From positions 111,003 to 175,002 of IMG/VR virus record IMGVR_UViG_3300035698_004085: a DNA stretch of 64,000 bases; one strand, 5' to 3'. The first letter of the stretch is position 1. Each line of letters begins with the position of its first letter. Origin of the DNA: a virus. The position numbers were made by a program, and so were the translations under genes. Positions 56,995 to 64,000 of this stretch are shown here, piece after piece. The notes below the pieces were generated by a model. That model searched no databases and was not told the DNA's origin. It saw only the letters and a program-made list of their open reading frames with translations.

Positions 56995-57222
56995 ATGGCG
57001 TTTGAGAATGTAACCTTTTACGATGTAGATTCTTCTAATATCTCTCAGATAGGATTCGATGAAAACGAGATGGTGCTCTATATAGTTTTTACTAATAATA
57101 CAACGTATTGGTATTCAAATGTTGATTTGGGCACTTGGCAGGGTCTTCTTAATGCTGAGTCAGTAGGTAAATACTTTTGGGGTAATATAAGGAACGCAGG
57201 ATACGAATACGGAAAGATGTAG
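56995..57222 (+). CDS. KTSC domain protein
   Basis: VDSSNISQIGFD..LYIVF..YWYSNV..LLNAESVGKYF..NIR. Confidence 0.9.
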   Translation: MAFENVTFYDVDSSNISQIGFDENEMVLYIVFTNNTTYWYSNVDLGTWQGLLNAESVGKYFWGNIRNAGYEYGKM

Positions 57223-57248
57223 TCTCCCTCCTTTTTTAAAAATTCCTC

Positions 57249-57280
57249 TTTAAATTATCCGACAATTTGTGTGTTAAACT
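57249..57280 (+). promoter_or_regulatory. putative late (N20-class) promoter
   Basis: TTTAAA-N20-TAAACT. Confidence 0.55.
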
Positions 57281-57339
57281 CTTTATAAGTATGATTTTGC
57301 GGTTTAGGTAATTATTTCGCATTATGTTTGGAGTTTTAC

Positions 57340-60300
57340 ATGACGACAAATTGGACATCTAATTATCCAGTTTCTTTGGATACCTATATAGCTCTTATTG
57401 ACTTGGTTGATCAGGTCCTGGCGAACCACCCGAACACTTTATCTGATGCTGTTTTAGCTCTGGAGACTAAGCTAGATATAACGGGTGGAACTGCTACAGG
57501 TTTTGGTGGTATTAGTTTTGATGGAGTTGCGGCTAATCCTGGCGCAGTTGGTGCTGCTACGATTTGGGTAGACACTTCAGGAGGAGCTGGTTATTTATTT
57601 CGATATACTGATGAGCTGGGGGCGACTTATCAATTTGGTGTAACGCTTGATGGGGCGTATGACCAAGGAGGAGCGGGTCTAGGCAGGGTTATAACGGTTG
57701 ATAGTGGTGCTGTAGAGCTAGTAGGGTCTAATGCTGCTGACTACACTCTAGAGGTTACTCAGTCGGCTGCTGGAGGGTCCTTACTAGTCGGAAATAGCGG
57801 AGTTGGGGACGCTATTTCCTTAACAGGTACTAATAGGACTATTGGGTCCGATACAGGCAAGTTAAACCTCGTTACTACCACTTCAGGGGACCTTATTATT
57901 TCTTCTGCTAGTGTTCTTGATTTAGATGCTTCTGGAATAGTTTCAATAAATTCTTCAGCTGCGGCTATAAATATAGGAAATGATGCTGTAGCTCAAGCAA
58001 TAAATATTGGAATTGGCGCAGCTGCTAGAACTCTTACTATTGGAAATGTAACGGGAGCAACTGGTACTAAGTTCTACGCTAATACTGGTGGGTTTGACTT
58101 TGTAGGTGGAGTAGCTCCTGCTGTTTCGTTTTTTAGTGTTACGATTGCTGGGTCTGCTGGAGCGGATTCAATTTCATTAGAGACGGTAACCGCTGGTGAT
58201 ATTAGTCTATCGTCAGTTGCCGACGCTTCGTTTGACGGAGCCGGTACAGTTGAAATTGGATCGTCGGCTCTCGTAGGAATTGAGATAGGTTCTGCATCTG
58301 TTCCAGCTCTTTATATGGATACTGTTGACAATTCTATGTCTATGGCTGCTGCTGGGTGGATTAATACAGCTAATGGCGGTTACTACAGCGTTAATTCAAC
58401 GGCTGGTCCGATTAACATTGGTAATGGCGCTCATGCTTTTGCAATAAATATTGGAACTGGGGCTGCAGCTAGAGTTATTACTATAGGAAATGTTACTGGA
58501 GCAACGGGAGTACAGATAAACACTGGTACGGCTGGGTTATTGATTAATGCTGGTGCTGCTCTTATTAATACGGTGTTAGATGAAGACCTTATGGGTACAG
58601 ATTCGGATACTGCGCTGGCTACTCAACAGTCAATTAAAGCTTATGTAGATGCGCAGGTAACTGCATCTGATAGTTTGCAAGAAGCTTATGTAATTGGACA
58701 AACTATTTCAACTACAGCTGCTGGTGATTTAGCTTTTACCATAACGACTAATGGTAACTTCACTACTACAAACGGAACGGATCAGTGGGATTTCACTTAT
58801 GGTGGTGTGAACCTGATGAGTGTGAATGCTGATCTCTCAGGGTTCGATCTTAATACTTCTGCTGCTGTACTTATTACTACGGGTACTACTTTTGGAGTTG
58901 CTGCAACGGGCGCTATAGACATTCAGAGCGTAGCGGCTGTTACTATTGATTCTTCAGGTGGAGACATTGGAATCGGTACAGACGCAGATGCTCATTGGAT
59001 CAGGGTAGGTACCGCAGGGGTCCGTGACATCCGAATCGGTAATAATGCTGGCGCTACTGGGATAGAGCTAAATGCTGGCAGTGACGGCATTGGGATGGTA
59101 GCCGTAGGAGGACCTGTTAGTATTAGCACAGCTGCAGGTAGTAACATGTCTCTTCAGTCTGCTGGAACGCTGTTGGTAGACGTTGTAGGGGTGTTGGAGC
59201 TTAATTCTTCAGGTGGAGTTATAAGTATTGGTAATGATGCTGTAGCTCAAGCAATAAATGTTGGAACTGGGGCTGCGGCTAGAACTATTACTATAGGAAA
59301 TGTAACTGGAGCAACGGGAGTACAGATAAATACCGGTACGGCTGGGCTATTGATTAACGCAGGTGCTGCTCTTATTAACACGGTATTAGACGAAGATCTT
59401 ATGGGGACAGACTCTGACACTGCTTTAGCTACTCAACAGTCAATTAAAGCTTATGTAGATGCGCAGGTAACTGCATCTGATAGTTTGCAGGAAGCTTATG
59501 TAATTGGACAAACTATTTCAACTACTGCTGCTGGTGATTTAGCTTTTACAATAACAACTAATGGTAACTTCACTACTACAAACGGAACGGATCAGTGGGA
59601 TTTCACTTATGGTGGTGCAAACCTGATGAGCGTTAACGCAGACCTTGAGGGGTTTGACCTAAATACTTCTGTTGCTGCACTAATAACCACTGGAACTACT
59701 TTTGGCATAGATGCTACTGGCGCTGTAGATATTAATGGAAGTTCTACTGTTACCATAGACGGAGCCGGAAATAGTCATTTCTACTCAGGCTTTAGCGGTG
59801 GTAATGTTCAAACCCGGTTGAAGATGTATGATGATACTGCTGGGTTACTGACTTCTTACGTTACGGCTATAGAAACTGAGGGTGCGAATAACGAGGATGT
59901 AACTTCTGTACTAATCTCTAATACTACTAATACTGCTGGCACTCCTACGGCAACTGCGCTGATAGACGCTTATGGCGGTAATACTAATCAAATCCTAATA
60001 GGAGCTACTCCAGGTGCTCTTACAGCTTCTAGCGTTTCTGATATTCATATCGGATCTGACGGAAATGGAAGCGCTGATAGAGCAATAAACATAGGAGCAG
60101 TAGCCCAAACTAGTAATATTGTTATGGGAGCAGGAACTGACATAACATTCCAAGCTAGAGGCGGTAATATTGTACAAGTAAATAGCGCTGCTGACCCAAA
60201 CTTGGAGACTACAGCTACTAATCTAATTGGAGCTATTAATGAGATAAGAGCAGTTTCTACTATAACTACTGTTGCAGCAGCTACTTATACTGTCTTATCC

Positions 60301-60549
60301 ACTGATGTAGTTATCTCAGTTACTTATACTACTACAGGAACGTGCGTAATAACAGTTCCTACTGCGGTTATTGCAGTAAGCGGTAGAAAATTCACTATTA
60401 AAGATGGTGGTCTTAATGCGCTAACTAATAACATAACTATTGAAACGCAAGCTGCAGAAACAATTGATGGAAACGCTGATGCTATTATAAATGGAGATGG
60501 GGATGCTATTACTTTAATTAGTGATGGAAGTAACCTGTTTATAATCTAG
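57340..60549 (+). CDS. long fibre-like virion protein with internal duplication
   Basis: INIG repeats, LATQQSIKAYVD x2, C-terminal shared fibre module. Confidence 0.8.
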   Translation: MTTNWTSNYPVSLDTYIALIDLVDQVLANHPNTLSDAVLALETKLDITGGTATGFGGISFDGVAANPGAVGAATIWVDTSGGAGYLFRYTDELGATYQFGVTLDGAYDQGGAGLGRVITVDSGAVELVGSNAADYTLEVTQSAAGGSLLVGNSGVGDAISLTGTNRTIGSDTGKLNLVTTTSGDLIISSASVLDLDASGIVSINSSAAAINIGNDAVAQAINIGIGAAARTLTIGNVTGATGTKFYANTGGFDFVGGVAPAVSFFSVTIAGSAGADSISLETVTAGDISLSSVADASFDGAGTVEIGSSALVGIEIGSASVPALYMDTVDNSMSMAAAGWINTANGGYYSVNSTAGPINIGNGAHAFAINIGTGAAARVITIGNVTGATGVQINTGTAGLLINAGAALINTVLDEDLMGTDSDTALATQQSIKAYVDAQVTASDSLQEAYVIGQTISTTAAGDLAFTITTNGNFTTTNGTDQWDFTYGGVNLMSVNADLSGFDLNTSAAVLITTGTTFGVAATGAIDIQSVAAVTIDSSGGDIGIGTDADAHWIRVGTAGVRDIRIGNNAGATGIELNAGSDGIGMVAVGGPVSISTAAGSNMSLQSAGTLLVDVVGVLELNSSGGVISIGNDAVAQAINVGTGAAARTITIGNVTGATGVQINTGTAGLLINAGAALINTVLDEDLMGTDSDTALATQQSIKAYVDAQVTASDSLQEAYVIGQTISTTAAGDLAFTITTNGNFTTTNGTDQWDFTYGGANLMSVNADLEGFDLNTSVAALITTGTTFGIDATGAVDINGSSTVTIDGAGNSHFYSGFSGGNVQTRLKMYDDTAGLLTSYVTAIETEGANNEDVTSVLISNTTNTAGTPTATALIDAYGGNTNQILIGATPGALTASSVSDIHIGSDGNGSADRAINIGAVAQTSNIVMGAGTDITFQARGGNIVQVNSAADPNLETTATNLIGAINEIRAVSTITTVAAATYTVLSTDVVISVTYTTTGTCVITVPTAVIAVSGRKFTIKDGGLNALTNNITIETQAAETIDGNADAIINGDGDAITLISDGSNLFII
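58441..59730 (+). repeat. ~480-bp intragenic duplication (offset 810 bp)
   Basis: 58441-~58920 vs 59251-~59730 near-identical at protein level. Confidence 0.9.
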
Positions 60550-60560
60550 GAGAATAAAAG

Positions 60561-61034
60561 ATGACTTATATATCTCAACCAGAATTAGATAAGGCTGCTA
60601 GAGCCGACCGATATATAGACGTAAGACCATTACCCCTTTGGCAAGTTTCAGACACTCTTGCCAACGGTTTGACAGCTCAAGCTGGTGCTCCAACTACGTA
60701 TTATTACTATGTTGATATGTATTCATTTCGTAGAGCTGGTTTTCAATTTATTTGGGATGGTGGAACGGCTAATAACACGTCAGTAATTACGTGTGAAGGG
60801 ACTATGCAAGACGACGGTACCGTAAGGGGTTCTTGTTCTTACCATGACGTTACTAATGATTTATATGGAGTGGCAAGCTTATCTGTTGCTGGTGGAGCAA
60901 CTGCTACTGACACTTGGGTTGATACTACTGAGAGCGGTGGAGGATTTAAGTATTTAAGGATTAAAGTAGTACTCGATACAACTTCGGGAGCTGATGATGT
61001 AGCTTATACGATTTTTCATAAGCGTCTTTACTAA
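60561..61034 (+). CDS. beta-sandwich virion protein
   Basis: GFQFIW..ITCEGT..FKYLRIKV. Confidence 0.65.
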   Translation: MTYISQPELDKAARADRYIDVRPLPLWQVSDTLANGLTAQAGAPTTYYYYVDMYSFRRAGFQFIWDGGTANNTSVITCEGTMQDDGTVRGSCSYHDVTNDLYGVASLSVAGGATATDTWVDTTESGGGFKYLRIKVVLDTTSGADDVAYTIFHKRLY

Positions 61035-61044
61035 GGAGGGTCTA

Positions 61045-61380
61045 ATGACTATTTATACTGATACTGCTCCTATCTTATCTGGAGTTGGCATAACTAAAAC
61101 ACAAGCTAATACCTATTTTGAAAATAAAATTAAGGTTTCTGCTCCTGCTCCAGATCCTAAGATTACAAAGAAGGCTTGCGTAGCTATTGCAGATGCTTTG
61201 TACGTAGACGGAATTGAAGCGTCTGGCGGAATAGTAGGGCTTTCTCAATCTGTTAAGCTTAAAGTTGCTCAAGTTAAATCAATTATTGCTGAGATTGGCG
61301 CACTTGAGGGACTTTGGAATGCCTCAAATACTGCCTCGGAGCCTGAAGAACTTCTTGCTGAAACTAAGGCAAAGAAATAA
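61045..61380 (+). CDS. hypothetical protein
   Basis: AAGGAGG RBS. Confidence 0.65.
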   Translation: MTIYTDTAPILSGVGITKTQANTYFENKIKVSAPAPDPKITKKACVAIADALYVDGIEASGGIVGLSQSVKLKVAQVKSIIAEIGALEGLWNASNTASEPEELLAETKAKK

Positions 61381-63881
61381 TGAGTCTCCTTTCCCAGAAC
61401 GCAACCCCGGCAGAGATAGCGCGTGGTTGCGTGTTCTCCGAGACGTTTGAGAACCGTTCGTTAGTACGTGCGAACGGCGGAACAATTGTTGGGACTCCCG
61501 CTGTTAATTTTGGTGCGAGGCTGAATGGGACGACGGACAATGTTACATTTTATGAAGTGCTCGGCGTCAAATCAGTGACGTTCCCTGTCAATTTGGATAC
61601 GACAACCGAGGAGCTGATAAACCTTAGTGCCTCACATTCGATCAGCGTCACTGCGGGAACGCTTGCGGCAACCGGTTTCACAGCGCCAACGATCTATATT
61701 GACGGCGTAGCTACTACTTCAATCACTGCCGGGGTGCTTCATCATGTCACGATTACAACGACGACGGCGCTAGATGCCGATGTTTTTGTGGTTGGCGAGA
61801 TTGCAACATTTGGCGCGTTCTATATTCCTGACCTTAAGTTGTGGAAGATTGTTCTCACCGAGCAGGAAGCCATCGACATTTACAATAACGAAACCTACGA
61901 TTACATGCGGCAAGCGGTTGTGCATTTGCCGATGGACATGGAGCGGCACGACCCGTCTAATACTGATGGTCCAGAATTGATTGTTGACGGGGATTGCGAG
62001 GACATCGCCCAGAACACGGCACAGTGGTACCCCGCAATGGCAGCAGAGGTCAATGAGTGGCATTCGGTGGCATATGGCAACGGCGTGTGGGTTGCAGTTG
62101 CACTCACCGGCACAAACAGGGTGATGCGGTCGACAGACGACGGCGCAAGCTGGTCTGCGGTTGCGGCAGCAGAGGCCAATACTTGGATTTCGGTGGCATA
62201 CGGCAACGGCGTGTGGATTGCCGTTGCACTCACCGGCACAAACAGGGTGATGCGGTCGACAGACGATGGTGCAAGCTGGTCTGCGGTTGCGGCAGCAGAG
62301 GCCAATATTTGGTTGTCGGTATCATACGGCAACGGCGTGTGGATTGCCGTTGCAAACAGCGGCACAAACAGGGTGATGCGGTCGACAGACGATGGTGCAA
62401 GCTGGTCTGCGGTTGCGGCAGCAGAGGCCAACGGTTGGCGCTCGGTATCATACGGCAACGGCGTGTGGATTGCCGTTGCAAACAGCGGCACAAACAGAGT
62501 GATGAGGTCGACAGACGACGGCGCAAGCTGGTCTGCGGTTGCAGCAGCCGCTGCAAACTCTTGGAATGGCGTTTCGTACGGCAACGGTGTATGGATGGCA
62601 TGTGCTGGCACCGGAACCGGAGCCACCAACAGGTTTATGCGGTCCACAGATGACGGTGCGACGTGGGGCGTCGTCGCTTCTCCAGAGGCGGCCGCTTACA
62701 CGTCTATCACATACGGAAACGGCGTGTGGATTGCAGTTGCACTCAACGGCACAAATCGAGTCGCCATATCCACGGACGATGGCGTTACCTTTTCTGCGGT
62801 TGCGGCAGCGGAGGACAATGCTTGGTACTCTGTAGCGTACGGCAACGGCGTGTGGATTGCCGTTGCATACAGCGGCACAAACAGGGTGATGCTCGCAACC
62901 CCGGGCACTGCGGCATGGACTGCTACCACATCGTTACAAACGAAAACAACGGATAGCTACAGCGGGACATATGCCCTCAAACAAGCGCAGACGGTTGCGG
63001 CAACTAGTTGCATTTCGGCGCAGACGGAGTTGACATCCACAGAAACTTATATTGCAACGGCGAGGGTCAAATCAGACGGCGTGTTGACGCCTCAGATACA
63101 GGACTCAGCGGGGACCGTGTTTTGGACAGGTACGACCGACACCTCTTGGCAATTCGCAATAGCAACAGATATTGCAGCGTCTACGATTATTCAGTTAAGA
63201 TCGGTAAACGGCGACGGGGTGATTGGTTCGTATCTAAAGTGGGACGACATTTCGGTCAAAGCGACCGCGCCGTCAATTACTCCCCGCACCAGGGACATAT
63301 CCGGCAACAACAACCACGCGGTGTTTGGTGATGGGGTGACTTCAACGACCTATCCAACTAAATTGGTGAAGAGGGGCTATGGCTTTGATGGTGGGGATCA
63401 TCTGAATTGTGGTTCAATTGCACAACCAACGGGTGCTTTCTCAGTAGTATGTACGCTTCGGACATCAATACATGCAGCATTAAAATACATTGTCGCCTCT
63501 CAAAACAGTGCGGCTACTGCAATAAATTGGGCATTTGTTACGTCTGGTGGAGGCTATTACTTCTATTGTGGAGGTTTAGCTGGTGCAAACTCGTCTTATC
63601 TTCTCTCCCTCAACGATATAGGTATTCATACGTTCGTTGGTGTCTATAATGGAGTTGATACTACGTTGTTCATCGATGGGATAGCTATGCCAAGCGCGGT
63701 TACTCCGCTTGCTCCATTAGCTGGTGCGCAGGATGTTGAGATAGGACGAAAGCCCGGCAACGCAGTAAATTATTTCACGGGGGATATGTCCAATTTCGGA
63801 TATTTCGACGGGATAGCGCTGTCACAAATACAAGCAATCGACCTTCACCAGAGAATGCTTGCGGAGATAAACCATGTCTAA
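61380..63881 (+). CDS. LamG/concanavalin-like receptor-binding protein with BNR/Asp-box beta-propeller and CBM-like insert
   Basis: RDISGNNNH, FDGGDH, HTFVGVYNG..LFIDG; seven YGNGVW blades, most followed by STDDG Asp-boxes. Confidence 0.8.
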   Translation: MSLLSQNATPAEIARGCVFSETFENRSLVRANGGTIVGTPAVNFGARLNGTTDNVTFYEVLGVKSVTFPVNLDTTTEELINLSASHSISVTAGTLAATGFTAPTIYIDGVATTSITAGVLHHVTITTTTALDADVFVVGEIATFGAFYIPDLKLWKIVLTEQEAIDIYNNETYDYMRQAVVHLPMDMERHDPSNTDGPELIVDGDCEDIAQNTAQWYPAMAAEVNEWHSVAYGNGVWVAVALTGTNRVMRSTDDGASWSAVAAAEANTWISVAYGNGVWIAVALTGTNRVMRSTDDGASWSAVAAAEANIWLSVSYGNGVWIAVANSGTNRVMRSTDDGASWSAVAAAEANGWRSVSYGNGVWIAVANSGTNRVMRSTDDGASWSAVAAAAANSWNGVSYGNGVWMACAGTGTGATNRFMRSTDDGATWGVVASPEAAAYTSITYGNGVWIAVALNGTNRVAISTDDGVTFSAVAAAEDNAWYSVAYGNGVWIAVAYSGTNRVMLATPGTAAWTATTSLQTKTTDSYSGTYALKQAQTVAATSCISAQTELTSTETYIATARVKSDGVLTPQIQDSAGTVFWTGTTDTSWQFAIATDIAASTIIQLRSVNGDGVIGSYLKWDDISVKATAPSITPRTRDISGNNNHAVFGDGVTSTTYPTKLVKRGYGFDGGDHLNCGSIAQPTGAFSVVCTLRTSIHAALKYIVASQNSAATAINWAFVTSGGGYYFYCGGLAGANSSYLLSLNDIGIHTFVGVYNGVDTTLFIDGIAMPSAVTPLAPLAGAQDVEIGRKPGNAVNYFTGDMSNFGYFDGIALSQIQAIDLHQRMLAEINHV
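62030..62900 (+). repeat. 126-bp (42-aa) tandem coding repeat x7
   Basis: GGCAACGGCGTGTGG recurs with ~126-bp period. Confidence 0.9.
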
Positions 63882-64000
63882 TCGTCCATCTTTTATTGAC
63901 GAAGCTGTCTTGCATCACGATTACCGCGCCGGACATTTCTCAGATCTCTCAGGAAACGCGAACGATGGCACTCCTACGGCAACTGTTTGGCAAGGGGGCG
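63874..64000 (+). CDS. LamG-like virion protein (5' partial)
   Basis: MSNRPSF..LHHDYR..SDLSGNANDGT; runs off the window. Confidence 0.6.
   Translation, partial: MSNRPSFIDEAVLHHDYRAGHFSDLSGNANDGTPTATVWQGG

Noticed and set aside
62030-62900. CRISPR array or DGR template/variable repeats
   Set aside because: In-frame 126-bp coding repeats; differences are not adenine-specific and no reverse transcriptase is visible in the window.
61770-63649. Overlapping alternative-frame and antisense ORFs (also 40598, 41590, 44619, 10507, 34424 and others)
   Set aside because: Shadow ORFs of GC-rich or repetitive genes; no RBS or recognisable domains.
1-64000. Genome-wide stop-codon reassignment
   Set aside because: Long conserved genes are intact in code 11, and TAA, TAG and TGA all terminate genes at sensible junctions. 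Only one suspicious in-frame TGA (8286) was found.

Overview
A 64-kb segment of a large, AT-rich tailed (jumbo-type) bacteriophage genome, densely coding and mostly on the + strand. Recognisable proteins: terminase large subunit (51351-53495) with a probable small subunit upstream, ATP-dependent DNA ligase, dCMP deaminase, RNA 2'-phosphotransferase (KptA/Tpt1), an HD (SpoT/Mesh1-like) hydrolase, two metallophosphoesterases, a GNAT, GroES, a KTSC protein, L7/L12-CTD-like and sigma-region-4-like proteins, five HNH-family genes, and fibre/LamG virion proteins (39.6-45.3 kb and 57.3-64 kb). RNA genes: tRNA-Leu(CAA), tRNA-Gln(TTG), tRNA-Ile(TAT), a truncated tRNA at the left edge, and a cluster of unannotated structured RNAs that includes a tRNA mimic and a hammerhead-like ribozyme. 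There are two promoter classes. TTGACA-N17-TAnnnT precedes accessory genes, and YTTAAR-N20-TATAAT precedes virion genes. The best candidate for an undescribed system is a set of at least 8 otherwise unrelated, mostly acidic proteins that share an N-terminal leader ([IVL]-[STD]-x-x-[GS]-[LMIY]-[KNR]-R-[IL]-[AS]) and are driven by the N20 promoter class. This is consistent with a capsid-loading signal for injected cargo. Other observations: a palindromic, skew-switching putative origin at 23.1-24.7 kb, an in-frame UGA at a Cys-like position followed by a SECIS-like hairpin, and duplicated RBS/start junctions. All calls come from manual reading of motifs; no searches or folding programs were run.
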